Positions 38,478 through 51,952 of a stretch of DNA of 64,000 nt are shown in pieces. Origin of the DNA: Acholeplasmataceae bacterium (GTDB lineage: Bacteria; Bacillota_I; Bacilli_A; Acholeplasmatales; Acholeplasmataceae). The stretch covers positions 640,001 to 704,000 of the forward strand of contig OY775910.1 of the NCBI GenBank assembly GCA_963675245.1, in the 5' to 3' direction. How positions within the stretch are numbered: the first letter of the stretch is position 1; each line of letters begins with the position of its first letter. The position numbers and the translations under genes were made by a program. The notes below the pieces were generated by a model, which made no database searches, had not been told where the DNA came from, and was given only the letters and a program-made list of their open reading frames with translations.

Positions 38478-39264
38478 CTAAAACTCCTTGTTTAAGTTCT
38501 TTTTCTCCTAACAAGTCATCATCAGTAAGTGCGCGTCCATAAATTTGAACAAGCATGTTATCATCTATTCCAGAAGAAGGTCCATCATAAACCACTTCTC
38601 CATCTTTAATGCCAATAATTCTGGTCGCATATTTGAGTGCTAAATCGACATGGTGCATATTCGCGATGACTGTAATCCCGAATTTCTTATTAATACGCGA
38701 AAAATCGTTCATTACTTGAACGGTTGTAATTGGATCTAATGAAGCAACTGGTTCATCAGCGAGAATAACTGATGGTTTTTGAGCTAAAGCGCGTGCTAGT
38801 GCCACTCTTTGTTGTTGGCCGCCAGACAACTGATCTGCACGTGTAAATGCTTTATCTAAAATTCCCATTGTATCAATCGCTTCAAGTGCAATCAATTTGT
38901 CTTCCTTAGGAAAAATCCCTATTAGAGTAGGAAAGGTAGGGTGATAAGCCACCCTACCTGCTAGTACATTATTAAATACTGACATTCGCTTAACTAAATT
39001 AAACGATTGGAAAATCATGCCAATATTACGTCTTAACATTCTAAGTTTCGTTCCTGTTAAATCACCAACATTTACACCATTTACTAATAACGTTCCTGTT
39101 GTAATTTTATGCATTCGGTTAATGAGACGTAATAATGTGGATTTTCCTGCTCCAGAAAGACCGATGATTGCAACGAATTCGCCGTCTTTTATTTCTAAAT
39201 TGACATTTTTAAGGGCTTCAACACCGTTAGGATATGTCTTACCAACGTTTTCAAATTTAATCAT
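38464..39264 (-). CDS. phnC: Phosphonate-type ABC ATPase
   Basis: GLSGAGKST, IFQSFNLV, LSGGQQQRV, ADEPVASLDP. Confidence 0.9.
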   Translation of the reverse strand: MIKFENVGKTYPNGVEALKNVNLEIKDGEFVAIIGLSGAGKSTLLRLINRMHKITTGTLLVNGVNVGDLTGTKLRMLRRNIGMIFQSFNLVKRMSVFNNVLAGRVAYHPTFPTLIGIFPKEDKLIALEAIDTMGILDKAFTRADQLSGGQQQRVALARALAQKPSVILADEPVASLDPITTVQVMNDFSRINKKFGITVIANMHHVDLALKYATRIIGIKDGEVVYDGPSSGIDDNMLVQIYGRALTDDDLLGEKELKQGVLDETI

Positions 39265-39286
39265 CGATTTTTTTAATTATTTACTC

Positions 39287-40327
39287 TTATTCTTCGCTAT
39301 GTAAGAATGAATAGAGTCCTCTTTCACCATCATAATCTTCGTCATAAGCTCTAAGATATCCTGAATGATCATAAATAGCAAATATATCTGCACCTTCAGC
39401 TGTAGCAATTAAATCAATAAATGCTTGAGCTAATGCTTCTCTTAAGCCATCTGATAATGAGGCTGTTGTTGAGATTGTATCATTGTAAATACCTGTTGAT
39501 AAAGCAGCTACTTTAGTTGCTTCAAAAATACTTACGCCAGGGTTAGCTTCTTTCCAAGCATCAAAAGCAGAAGAAATACGAGCATCCCAATAAGCAAATG
39601 CAGCATCAACTTCACCGTTTAATAATGCAAGAACAGCGTTTTGATGACCTTGGTAAACTACGTTTTGAACTTGACCAGCACCAGGTGTGCTTGTTGTGAA
39701 TTCAAGTCCGTTTTCATAAAGTAAGAATGATGGATAAACAAATCCTGAACCTGAACCTTCATGTTGTGTAGCAACTGTTTTTCCTTCTAACCATGAAATA
39801 CCTTGTGTGCGAGCAGCATCAACATCATCAGCATTCACTAATAACATTGAATGATATGAACTTACGCTTACATCATCGTTGTATGAACCATCATATGAAG
39901 AATCGTTAATGTTGTCAATGATATCTTCCAAATCAGCAATTTCTTCACCATTAGCAATTTGTGCATTGTATGCACTACGTACAGATGTTAGTAAAACGTT
40001 AACTTTATCTGGAAATTGTAATGTTGTTTGTGCATATTGTTGTGCAGTTAAGAAACCAACGTGTACTTGATTTGAAACCATTGCTTGAACAACGGCTGCA
40101 TAAGATGTACCAATTGATACAACAACATTGATGTCATAACCAGCATCTGCGAGTTTTTCTTCTAATAATCCTCCAAGACTACCTACTTTAGTTAACAACT
40201 CAGAATCTACAGTAGTAGATGGAACAAACTGGACTACCAATGTTTCTGGGTCCCCTTCTCCGCTTTGACATGCTGCTAAACCGAATGCAGCAAACAAAAA
40301 GAGTGCAAAAACTAAAATTTTCTTCAT
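39287..40327 (-). CDS. phnD: PhnD-like substrate-binding lipoprotein
   Basis: Lipobox LAAC, FVPS, SYAAVVQAM, SGSGFVYP, GHQNA, DAR. Confidence 0.8.
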   Translation of the reverse strand: MKKILVFALFLFAAFGLAACQSGEGDPETLVVQFVPSTTVDSELLTKVGSLGGLLEEKLADAGYDINVVVSIGTSYAAVVQAMVSNQVHVGFLTAQQYAQTTLQFPDKVNVLLTSVRSAYNAQIANGEEIADLEDIIDNINDSSYDGSYNDDVSVSSYHSMLLVNADDVDAARTQGISWLEGKTVATQHEGSGSGFVYPSFLLYENGLEFTTSTPGAGQVQNVVYQGHQNAVLALLNGEVDAAFAYWDARISSAFDAWKEANPGVSIFEATKVAALSTGIYNDTISTTASLSDGLREALAQAFIDLIATAEGADIFAIYDHSGYLRAYDEDYDGERGLYSFLHSEE

Positions 40328-40451
40328 TCTTTGTATCCCCTTTTCCTATGATTTTTTTTGGTTTGTCACTTCAAACAAACCTTAATCTCATTATATTGTT
40401 TAATACTTATATTTTCAATGAATTAATCGAATAAAATTTATTTTGTATGTA

Positions 40452-40482
40452 TAAAAATAAAAGGAAGCTTTATGCTTCCTCT
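40452..40482 (-). terminator. Terminator after gyrA
   Basis: AGGAAGC(40462-68)/GCTTCCT(40474-80) with an A-run. Confidence 0.6.
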
Positions 40483-40510
40483 TAATATATGTTTTTATAG
40501 CGCCTTTTTA

Positions 40511-43123
40511 TTATTCTTCGAAAAGACTTTCCTTGGTGACTGTTTGTTCCTCTTCGGTGATTTCTTCATCGCTTTCCACAGCGGATAAAACGATGGTTTC
40601 TACTTTTTTCTTTGTATCTTCAACGTTGATACTTTCTTGAACAAATTGTTCATCAGTTTCAAATGAATCCTCTTCGTCTTCTTGTTTAGGAACTAAAGCA
40701 ATCGTAGAAACTTTATGTCCCGCTCTCAATCGAATAACTCTAACGCCTTGTGTTGCACGTTTGGTTTTTGATATTTGATCGATGTGCGTTCTCATAACAA
40801 CACCTTTATCAGAAACGACGATTAAGTCATCTTCTGGTGTGACAGAGCGAAGTGTTGATAGACGACCGTTCTTCTCTGTGATATTAATTGTCTTAACGCC
40901 TTTACCGCCACGTAATTGTAAACGATATTCGTCAACATCTGTACGTTTTCCATATCCCTTTTCAGTAATGACTAGGATTTCATCTTCTGGTGATTCTACA
41001 ACAGCTACACCAACAACTTCATCGTCTTTACCAAATGACATACCTCGAACACCGGCAGCTGTTCTACCTACTGCTCTGACATCATTTTCATTGAATCTAA
41101 TTGCTTTACCGTTTGAAGCACCGAGAATGATTTCTCTTTCACCATCTGTGTGTCTTACGGTGAGTAATTCATCATCATCTTTTAAATTAATCGCGATAAT
41201 ACCGTTTGCTCTAATGTTTTTGAAAGAAGAAACTGGTGTACGTTTGATTGTACCTTTCTTTGTAACGAACATTAAAAATTCGTTTTCTACATCAAAGTCA
41301 GTAACAGATGTAAATGAAGATAGGGTTTCATCTTTATCAAATTGTAGTAAATTGACAATCGGTAAGCCCTTTGCGTGACGTGATCCACGTGGAATTTGAT
41401 AACCTTTAATCTTATAAACACGGCCCTTATTTGTAAAGAACAAGTGATGGTCGTGTGTTGAGGTCATGCGAATGTGTTCAACGAAGTCATCTTCGTGAAC
41501 TTTGATTCCTGACATACCAACACCACCGCGATTTTGTGATTTATAATTATCGATATTCATACGTTTTATATAGCCATTATTCGTTACCGTAACGATAACA
41601 TCTTCAATTGGGATAAGACTTTCATCTTCAATTGCTAAGTCATCTGATAGGTTAATTTCAGATTGACGAGCGTCACTATATTTTTCACGTAATACTGTTA
41701 ATTCTTCACGAATAATCTCAATTTTTCTTTCATGAGATCCAAGAATACTGTTGAAATCATCAATTTTCACTCCAAGATCTGTATGTTCTTCTTCGATTTT
41801 TTCAATTTCTAGCCCTGTCAATCTTTGAAGTTGCATCGTCAGAATCGCGCGTGATTGAATTTCTGTTAAATCATATGTTTCAATGAGTGAATTTCTTGCA
41901 TCTTCAGACGTTTTAGATTGTTTAATAATCTCAATTGCGTGATCAATATCATGAAGCGCTTTTAAAAGACCTTCTAAAATATGTTGTCTCGCTTCAGCTT
42001 TTTCAAGGTTATATTGTGTACGTCTTTGTGTGACTTCCACTTGGTGTTCTAAATAATTGACGATAATATCTTTGAGTGTAACTTGTTTTGGTTGTCCTTT
42101 AACAAGGGCAATCATGTTAATCCCAAAGCTAGATTGAAGTTGTGTATACTTATATAAGTTATTCAAAATAACTTCCGGTTCTACGTCTCTTCTTAATTCA
42201 ATAACGATACGCATACCTTTTCTGTTTGATTCATCTCGTAAATCAGTAATCCCATCAATAATCTTGTTTTTAGCAACCTCAGCAATCTTTTCAATCAATG
42301 TTGTTTTATTAACTTGATATGGAATTGCTGTGATAATAATGCTGCTCTTATTTTTATAGTTAATGATTTCAGCAGATGCACGCATTGCGATAATGCCACG
42401 ACCTGTTTCATATGCTTGTCTTAGCCCTGTTAAGCCGAGAATTTGGCCACCGGTTGGAAAATCTGGTCCTTGAATATATTCCATTAATTCAGAAATGGTG
42501 ATGTCTTGGTTATCCATATAGGCTAGTAATCCATCGATAACTTCACCTAAATTATGAGGTGGAATATTTGTTGCCATACCAACCGCAATCCCTGTAGATC
42601 CATTGACTAATAAATTAGGGTATCTTGCTGGCAATACAGCTGGTTCTTGTTCAGAACCATCATAATTGTCGATAAAGTCAACCGTGTTTTTATCCAAATC
42701 TGATACAAGTTCGCCTGCTAATTTCGACATACGTGCTTCAGTATAACGCATTGCAGCAGCACCGTCTCCATCCACAGAACCAAAGTTACCATGTCCATCA
42801 ATTAAAGGCATGCGATAACTAAATGGTTGCGCCATACGTACCATCGCTTCATAGATAGATGAGTCACCATGAGGGTGATATTTACCCATAACTTCACCAA
42901 CGATACGTGCTGATTTTTTATGTGGTTTATCAGCGGTCATACCTAGTGAGTTCATGCCATATAAAATACGTCTTTGAACAGGTTTTAAACCATCTCTAAT
43001 ATCAGGTAATGCACGTGAAACAATAACGCTCATTGCGTAGTTGAGGAATGAGGTTTTCATTTCTGAGGATATATTTATCTCTTTAACTTTACCTTCGGTT
43101 GTTTTTGTTGTTTGATCGTCCAT
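40511..43123 (-). CDS. gyrA: DNA gyrase subunit A
   Basis: [17 protein letters not shown], GyrA-box QNRGGVG; acidic tail. Confidence 0.98.
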   Translation of the reverse strand: MDDQTTKTTEGKVKEINISSEMKTSFLNYAMSVIVSRALPDIRDGLKPVQRRILYGMNSLGMTADKPHKKSARIVGEVMGKYHPHGDSSIYEAMVRMAQPFSYRMPLIDGHGNFGSVDGDGAAAMRYTEARMSKLAGELVSDLDKNTVDFIDNYDGSEQEPAVLPARYPNLLVNGSTGIAVGMATNIPPHNLGEVIDGLLAYMDNQDITISELMEYIQGPDFPTGGQILGLTGLRQAYETGRGIIAMRASAEIINYKNKSSIIITAIPYQVNKTTLIEKIAEVAKNKIIDGITDLRDESNRKGMRIVIELRRDVEPEVILNNLYKYTQLQSSFGINMIALVKGQPKQVTLKDIIVNYLEHQVEVTQRRTQYNLEKAEARQHILEGLLKALHDIDHAIEIIKQSKTSEDARNSLIETYDLTEIQSRAILTMQLQRLTGLEIEKIEEEHTDLGVKIDDFNSILGSHERKIEIIREELTVLREKYSDARQSEINLSDDLAIEDESLIPIEDVIVTVTNNGYIKRMNIDNYKSQNRGGVGMSGIKVHEDDFVEHIRMTSTHDHHLFFTNKGRVYKIKGYQIPRGSRHAKGLPIVNLLQFDKDETLSSFTSVTDFDVENEFLMFVTKKGTIKRTPVSSFKNIRANGIIAINLKDDDELLTVRHTDGEREIILGASNGKAIRFNENDVRAVGRTAAGVRGMSFGKDDEVVGVAVVESPEDEILVITEKGYGKRTDVDEYRLQLRGGKGVKTINITEKNGRLSTLRSVTPEDDLIVVSDKGVVMRTHIDQISKTKRATQGVRVIRLRAGHKVSTIALVPKQEDEEDSFETDEQFVQESINVEDTKKKVETIVLSAVESDEEITEEEQTVTKESLFEE

Positions 43124-43134
43124 TTTATCCTCTC

Positions 43135-46055
<2,921 letters not shown>

Positions 46056-46063
<8 letters not shown>

Positions 46064-46268
46064 TTTTTAAAATGTATTGATCATTTTCAACTACAACAAT
46101 ATCTCCTGGATAAAGTTTCTTTTTTCTTTCCCGTCTAACTTCACCATTCACATATACGTCGTTTTCGAATAAAAAAAACTTAGCTTGTCCTCCTGAAGCT
46201 ATATATCCGTTGACTTTTAAAAATTGTGTAAGTGTTATAAACGCTTCATGGACTCTAAATTCTTTCAT
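46056..46268 (-). CDS. yaaA: S4-domain protein YaaA
   Basis: ITLTQFLK, SGGQAK, VNGE...R.KKL.PGD. Confidence 0.92.
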
Positions 46269-46368
46269 TGATTTTCACCCTTCTTTCTCTTATATTATAA
46301 CATAATATAAGGTAAAAAACCACCAAATTTACCGGCTTTTCTTGAAAGTAAGTGTGTTATTCCTTATG

Positions 46369-46411
46369 AAAAATAAAAAGCCGATATTTTCGCGATTTCG
46401 GCTTTTATTTT
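46369..46411 (-). terminator. Terminator after the orphan gene
   Basis: AAAAGCCGA/TCGGCTTTT stem with A/T tails. Confidence 0.65.
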
Positions 46412-46413
46412 TC

Positions 46414-46761
46414 TTATATGTAATAGTGTTCTTTTTTTATCGGTGTATATTTTTTTACGCTGTTTTCATCTTCCTCGTGTAAATATACATAATCATCTCC
46501 ACTACGATAAATCACATCTCCGGGTATACTTTCTACTTGCTCAAGTTCCATTTTATATGGAATCTTAAGGCATTTGTTTGGTGTTCCGTCTGGTCGAACT
46601 TGTTTATCAATTTTGACATAAATTTTATCAAGTTCTATGTTTTCGCCATTTTTGTTTCTAATATACACGTGCGGGTTTTGATTCACATAAATGATATCTC
46701 CCGCAACGGCCTGCACTGAGGCTGGATCGGTTCCTTGTGGACATTTAAAACATTTTTTCAT
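46414..46761 (-). CDS. Hypothetical 115-aa protein with an internal tandem duplication
   Basis: GGAGG SD; residues 3-34 and 63-94 align without gaps. Confidence 0.75.
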   Translation of the reverse strand: MKKCFKCPQGTDPASVQAVAGDIIYVNQNPHVYIRNKNGENIELDKIYVKIDKQVRPDGTPNKCLKIPYKMELEQVESIPGDVIYRSGDDYVYLHEEDENSVKKYTPIKKEHYYI

Positions 46762-46794
46762 ATTTTTCCTCCAATATTTTAGTCTTTTAGTATT

Positions 46795-46824
46795 GAAAAA
46801 CCCGATTTCAAAAGTGAAATCGAG
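46795..46824 (-). terminator. Terminator after dnaN
   Basis: CGATTTCA-AAAG-TGAAATCG stem plus an A-run. Confidence 0.6.
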
Positions 46825-46839
46825 CTTATAGTCAATTTA

Positions 46840-47970
46840 TTAATCAATACGCACAGGTAAAATAAGATGTAATAAATCTTGATCCAAATTACCTTTAATA
46901 ACAAATGGTTTTACTTCACCTGCGAACTGGATAATCACTTCACTTGAACTGAATGCACGTAAAGCATCAACAAGATATCGCGAACTAAACGCGATTTTAA
47001 TCACAGGTCCTTCTACATCTGAGGAAGGGATTATTTCTTCTAAAGCATCCCCAATTTCGTGATTGGTTGAACTCATTTCTACAACATGATCTGGTCGTAA
47101 ACTCAATTTGATGATGTTATAATTAGTTTCTCTATCTTTGGGTGAAAGAAGTGATACACGTTCAACAGCTTGTAATAATTCTTCTTTATTAAATGGGATT
47201 GAGACTGGGAATTCTGTTGGAATGATGCGTTGTGTATCAGGATAAGTTCCTTCAAGTAATCTTGTTTGGAATAAAATTGAGTTCATTTTAAACAAAACTT
47301 TGTTTGGGTTGATATATAATTCAACATCTTCATTGTAGTTATCAAGAATACGTGATAACTCATCTAAACTCTTGTTCGGTATAACGATATCAAATTCTTT
47401 ACTGTATGTTCTGATTTTAACGTTTTTTTGAGCTAAACGATAACTATCAGTAGCTACACAATAAATATGGTTGTTTTTATATTTGAAATTGACGCCTGTT
47501 AAAATAGGGCGTTTTTCATTGTTTGCGGTTGCAAAATTTGTTTCACGAATAATTGTTTTAAATAATTGACTATCCAAAATAATAGGATCGTTTAAATCTA
47601 AGAAGTCAACTTCAGGATAATCTTCGACATCCATTAATCTTAATTTAAATTCTGAACGATCTGCTTTAATAATAATCAATTTATCTTCAATCAGTGCAAA
47701 TTCAACACGTTGAGATACAATCTTGCGCATGATTTCAATTAAATAACGACCAGGTATAGCAACATGACCTGTTTGTACAATGTTTAGTGAACGATCATCA
47801 ACAAGTACCTGAATGGCAACATCTGTGTTACTCGTTGTTAGAATCATATGATCTTCATGAACTTCGAATTTAACTGCATAAAGAATTGGAAGAGGTGTTT
47901 TACTTGGCAATCCTTTTTGAACGACAAGCAAATGATTTAATAAAATGTCTCTATCAATACTGAAAATCAT
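46840..47970 (-). CDS. dnaN: DNA polymerase III beta clamp
   Basis: RPILTGV, ATDSYRLA, RLLEG.YP, LILPVR. Confidence 0.97.
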   Translation of the reverse strand: MIFSIDRDILLNHLLVVQKGLPSKTPLPILYAVKFEVHEDHMILTTSNTDVAIQVLVDDRSLNIVQTGHVAIPGRYLIEIMRKIVSQRVEFALIEDKLIIIKADRSEFKLRLMDVEDYPEVDFLDLNDPIILDSQLFKTIIRETNFATANNEKRPILTGVNFKYKNNHIYCVATDSYRLAQKNVKIRTYSKEFDIVIPNKSLDELSRILDNYNEDVELYINPNKVLFKMNSILFQTRLLEGTYPDTQRIIPTEFPVSIPFNKEELLQAVERVSLLSPKDRETNYNIIKLSLRPDHVVEMSSTNHEIGDALEEIIPSSDVEGPVIKIAFSSRYLVDALRAFSSSEVIIQFAGEVKPFVIKGNLDQDLLHLILPVRID

Positions 47971-47984
47971 AACGAACTCCTTTA

Positions 47985-48100
47985 TTTTTTTATTAATTAT
48001 TCTTTAATTATTGTTGTTAGTATGTGTGGGTTAGTGGGTAAACATACTTAAAGGCTCTATACTGCTATCATTATACCATATTTTACACAATTTATACACA
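47985..48100 (-). other. oriC unwinding subregion (dnaA-dnaN spacer)
   Basis: TTATACACA (48092-100); minus-strand tandem boxes TTACCCACT-AACCCACA (48025-41) followed by a trinucleotide run TAC TAA CAA CAA TAA and an AT-rich tract. Confidence 0.75.
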
Positions 48101-49465
48101 TTAGGTTTTGCTTGGATGATCGATTTTTTTATTGATGGTTTCTATTGCTAATCGCATTTGGACATCATTTTGTAAATCGCTTTCAATTTTCTCACATGCA
48201 GCGAGTACGGTAGAGTGATCACGACCACCAAATAACAAACCAATTGTCTTATAAGGAATATCATACTTAGATTTGATTAAATACATCGCGATATGTCTTG
48301 GTAAGATGTATTTTGCATGTCTTCTCTTACCGATTAAATCAGAAACGGTTATCCCATAAAAATCGGAAACAATAGATTGAATTTTATCATAATTATTTTC
48401 ATTTAAAGTATTACTTTTTTTGCGGGTTTTTAGTAAAGGTTCAAGGGCTTCTGTTGCTGTAGCGACTGTCACATCTAAATTATTGGTTAAACAATAAAAT
48501 AACACACGCTTTAAAGCACCTTCTAATTCACGAATATTGGTCACAAAAGAATCTGCAATAAACTCTAAAACACCTTCGCCAACATCCTCAATATCACGGG
48601 ATTCAGAAGCTAATTTTCTTCTTAATATTTCAACACGATGTTCATGATCAGGTGTTTGAATATCAATTGACAAACCAACCTCAAAACGGCTTGTTAAACG
48701 CGACATCATGTTTTTTAATTCAGATGCAGGTTTATCTGAAGTGATAACAATTTGTTTATTTCTATGATACAGATAATCAAATAATTTAAAGAATTCCATC
48801 TGTGTTTTTGTAGCGCCACCAAGGATCTGAATATCATCCACTAACAAAACATCTAAATCACGATATTTTGAGTTAAAATCATCCATCTTTTCACGCTTTA
48901 ATAGATTAGCAAAATCTTCAATAAAACCATCTGCTTTTACATACATAATTTTCTGAGTTATGTCGTTATCTAAAATAAAATTACCAATCGCTTGCATTAA
49001 GTGTGTTTTGCCTAATCCAACATCACCAAAAATGTATAAAGGATTAGCAACCGTACCTGGTTGATCGGCAACTTTCATTGACATACGAAATGCAAAATTA
49101 TTACTTTTACCAACAACAAAATTATCAAATGTATAAGTCGCGTTTAAATTACCTTGACGATACTTTGTATCCATATTTCTTTCAGGACTAACTAGTGTCT
49201 CTTCAGGTAACATATCTGCATCTGTGACAAACTTAAAACGAACTGGCTCGTTATGATATTTTGAAGCCAAATCGTTGACCTTATTCAAATAGAATCGGTT
49301 GATGCGATTTTTGATAAATTCGCTAGGAACAAGTACGTAAATATAACCGTTTAGATATTTCAGTGTTTGCTTGAGTGGTTCAAAGACATCTGCAAATGTT
49401 TCTTCGGAAAAGATTGTCTCTAAATCGTTCAATATTTTTTGCCATAATTCATCATAAACCGTCAT
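48101..49465 (-). CDS. dnaA: Chromosomal replication initiator DnaA
   Basis: YTFDNFV, NPLYIFGDVGLGKTHL, DDIQ, NIRELEGAL, GGRDHSTV; likely start ATG 49465. Confidence 0.98.
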   Translation of the reverse strand: MTVYDELWQKILNDLETIFSEETFADVFEPLKQTLKYLNGYIYVLVPSEFIKNRINRFYLNKVNDLASKYHNEPVRFKFVTDADMLPEETLVSPERNMDTKYRQGNLNATYTFDNFVVGKSNNFAFRMSMKVADQPGTVANPLYIFGDVGLGKTHLMQAIGNFILDNDITQKIMYVKADGFIEDFANLLKREKMDDFNSKYRDLDVLLVDDIQILGGATKTQMEFFKLFDYLYHRNKQIVITSDKPASELKNMMSRLTSRFEVGLSIDIQTPDHEHRVEILRRKLASESRDIEDVGEGVLEFIADSFVTNIRELEGALKRVLFYCLTNNLDVTVATATEALEPLLKTRKKSNTLNENNYDKIQSIVSDFYGITVSDLIGKRRHAKYILPRHIAMYLIKSKYDIPYKTIGLLFGGRDHSTVLAACEKIESDLQNDVQMRLAIETINKKIDHPSKT

Positions 49466-49499
49466 ATTCAAATACCCCTTTGTCATAAGTATTTTTAGA

Positions 49500-49860
49500 A
49501 TAACATAAACTATTGAAAAAGTGTAAAAAACTTACCCACAAAATTTGTGGAAAACTTATTTATCAACATTGCACTTTGTGGATAAAATGTGGATTAATAA
49601 GGGATATAAAAACCTTTGTTAAGCAATTTATACATTTTTTCCAGTTATCCACAAGATAACGTGTTTTATAGAAAGTTATCCACAAGAAGACTGTTGATAA
49701 AATGTTAATATTTTAATGATTTATTTCAAAACAAAAATAATTTAAGGAACCACATTTATAATGGATAAAAAACGCTTATAAAAAGATGTCAAAAATAACT
49801 ATAAAAATGGTGTTTTTTATTATGTATATTAACAGAATTAAAAATAAAATTGTTTCTTAT
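49500..49860. other. oriC DnaA-box cluster (dnaA-rpmH spacer)
   Basis: Perfect boxes at 49577-85 (-), 49645-53 and 49676-84; one-mismatch boxes at 49532-40, 49546-54, 49560-68, 49588-96, 49692-700; gene-strand switch here. Confidence 0.9.
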
Positions 49861-49888
49861 TGACAAAAGAATATCATTTCTATATAAT
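49860..49888 (+). promoter_or_regulatory. Consensus sigma-A promoter of rpmH
   Basis: TTGACA(49860-65)-17 nt-TATAAT(49883-88). Confidence 0.85.
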
Positions 49889-49925
49889 AAAAAAGCATGG
49901 TTTCGCATGAAAGGTGGTTTTATTC

Positions 49926-50060
49926 ATGAAAAGAACGTATCAACCTAGTAAATTAAAGCGTAAAAAAACACATGGCTTTAGAGCTAGAATGGCAACCGTA
50001 GGTGGTCGTCGCGTTCTCGCGCGTCGCAGACTTAAAGGTCGCGCAGAACTTACAGTATAA
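49926..50060 (+). CDS. rpmH: 50S ribosomal protein L34 (not in ORF track)
   Basis: Hand translation [44 protein letters not shown]. Confidence 0.98.
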   Translation: MKRTYQPSKLKRKKTHGFRARMATVGGRRVLARRRLKGRAELTV

Positions 50061-50081
50061 TAATTTAATAAAAATTACTTG

Positions 50082-50123
50082 GACTACTCGAAAATATTTA
50101 AGCTTTTTGAGTAGTCTTTTTTT
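50082..50123 (+). terminator. Terminator-like hairpin between rpmH and rnpA
   Basis: GACTACTC(50082-89)/GAGTAGTC(50109-16) followed by T7. Confidence 0.65.
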
Positions 50124-50132
50124 ACAAACCTA

Positions 50133-50486
50133 ATGAAAAAAGAATATCGCATTAAAAAAAGTAGCGAAATCGATGCGATCTTTAAGAAGAGGCAAAGTAC
50201 AGGTGACAAGTTTTTTGCAGTCTACAAACTACAAAATAACGAAGACACTCATTTTCGTTTTGCCATATCGGTGGGTAAAAAGTATGGGAACGCTGTAGAA
50301 CGTAATTTAGTTAAACGACGTATTAGAAATATTGTTCAGGAATTAAAGGAACAATTGATATGCAATCGCTTTGTTATCGTGATTAAACCACAAGCAAAAG
50401 AGTGTTCATATCAACAAATTAAAACAAAAGTTCACGATTTATTAAACAAATTAAAATTATTGGAGACCAAACATGAAAAATCTTAA
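50133..50486 (+). CDS. rnpA: RNase P protein component
   Basis: RIKK, SVGKKYGNAVERNLVKRRIR. Confidence 0.95.
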   Translation: MKKEYRIKKSSEIDAIFKKRQSTGDKFFAVYKLQNNEDTHFRFAISVGKKYGNAVERNLVKRRIRNIVQELKEQLICNRFVIVIKPQAKECSYQQIKTKVHDLLNKLKLLETKHEKS

Positions 50487-51948
50487 AAAGGTATTATTCA
50501 CTGCCGTTATACTTCTTGTGGCATTCATCTTAGTGGGTTGTGGTAGTAATGATGACCCAATGTATGCAATTGCTAATAATCCAATTAATGAAAAAGCAGT
50601 CTTTAGTTTTGGAGAAACTAACATTAACTTTCAAGGCGAAGATGGACTATCATATTGGAACATTAGAGCAAACAGCACAACTACAGAAGAAGTTTATGAA
50701 GGTGCAAATCCTACAAATTACGATATAGAAACAACAACTAATGGTGGGACAATAAGAACATACACCCCAGTTGTTTATAACGGAGATACAGCTATCTCTG
50801 TGACATTTAAAATCTATATATTGCCAGAAGACACATCGAGTCTTACAGATGAAGTTGCATTTATCGCTTTCCGCTATAGTGAAGATAATGTTTTAACATT
50901 AATTGGTGAAACATATGACTTCACTGGCATTAGAGCGTATGCTTTCTTAGAAAACGGAACAGTTGTTGATATCTATGACGAATATGAGAACCAAAATGAC
51001 TTAGACAGCTATTATGCGATGTTCAGTGATGGTAATTATGATATTTTTAACCCTGGCGATGATGGATTCAAAGAATTTCAAGCAATTTCAACATTAACAT
51101 TCTCATACGATGGTAATGATTATGCTGTTGATGGATATGTTGCTGGTGCATCTACTGCTGGTAGACCAATTAGTACTAAAGATGCAAACTGGTTTGATTA
51201 CATTTTAGTTATTCCTGTTGCCTTTATTATGCAGTTATTTGCAGGTTTAATGGGTAATAATTTTGCACTCGGTATTCTATTTACAACCATTATTATTCGT
51301 ACTGCTGCGTGGCCAATTTATGCGAAAACAAATGATATGAGTCTCAAGATGAGCCTTGCTCAACCTGAGATTAATAAATTACAAAATAAATATGCATTGA
51401 AGAAAGATCCGCAATCACAACAAATGATGCAGATGGAAATGATGCAGTTATATAAAAAATATGGTATCGGATTCAGTGGATGCTTAATGCCGTTCTTACA
51501 AATGCCAATCTTTATTGCAATGTATCGTACAGTAATGAGAATTACTTTGGAAGGCGGTATGTATGTAAATCAAGTTGCGAACACAAAGTTCTTAGGCATT
51601 GATCTTGCTTCTGGTGGTGCTGATGGATTTAACTTAGTCAGTTTACTATTAGCTGTAATTGTTGGTGGAACGATGTTCCTCTTACAAAGAATTTCACAAA
51701 AGAAACCAAGTTATGCGAAAAACACAGGTGCTCAAAATAAGAATCCACAAGCTGAACAAACTCAAAAGACAATGAAATTCATGATGTATTTCATGGTCAT
51801 TATGATGGCAGTGTTTGCTTATCAAAGTAATGCACTCGGATTATATTGGGTATTTGGTAATGCATATTCAATCGGTCAAACCTTATTTAATAGACATTTA
51901 AGTGAAAAGAAACATGCAAAACTTAAAGAGAAAGAATTATTGGGGTGA
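50473..51948 (+). CDS. yidC: Membrane protein insertase YidC (lipoprotein, long N-terminal domain)
   Basis: Lipobox LVGC; TIIIR..WP, QPEI..LQ.KY, GCLMPFLQMPIF, LYW..GN. Confidence 0.93.
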   Translation: MKNLKKVLFTAVILLVAFILVGCGSNDDPMYAIANNPINEKAVFSFGETNINFQGEDGLSYWNIRANSTTTEEVYEGANPTNYDIETTTNGGTIRTYTPVVYNGDTAISVTFKIYILPEDTSSLTDEVAFIAFRYSEDNVLTLIGETYDFTGIRAYAFLENGTVVDIYDEYENQNDLDSYYAMFSDGNYDIFNPGDDGFKEFQAISTLTFSYDGNDYAVDGYVAGASTAGRPISTKDANWFDYILVIPVAFIMQLFAGLMGNNFALGILFTTIIIRTAAWPIYAKTNDMSLKMSLAQPEINKLQNKYALKKDPQSQQMMQMEMMQLYKKYGIGFSGCLMPFLQMPIFIAMYRTVMRITLEGGMYVNQVANTKFLGIDLASGGADGFNLVSLLLAVIVGGTMFLLQRISQKKPSYAKNTGAQNKNPQAEQTQKTMKFMMYFMVIMMAVFAYQSNALGLYWVFGNAYSIGQTLFNRHLSEKKHAKLKEKELLG

Positions 51949-51952
51949 TTAG

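Noticed and set aside
37951..38481. 176-aa plus-strand ORF
   Set aside because: Antisense shadow of phnE
40782..41378. 198-aa plus-strand ORF
   Set aside because: Antisense shadow of gyrA in the mirrored frame; no SD or recognisable motif
49643..49687. 14-bp direct repeat AGTTATCCACAAGA with period 31
   Set aside because: Two DnaA boxes with flanks; not a CRISPR or iteron array
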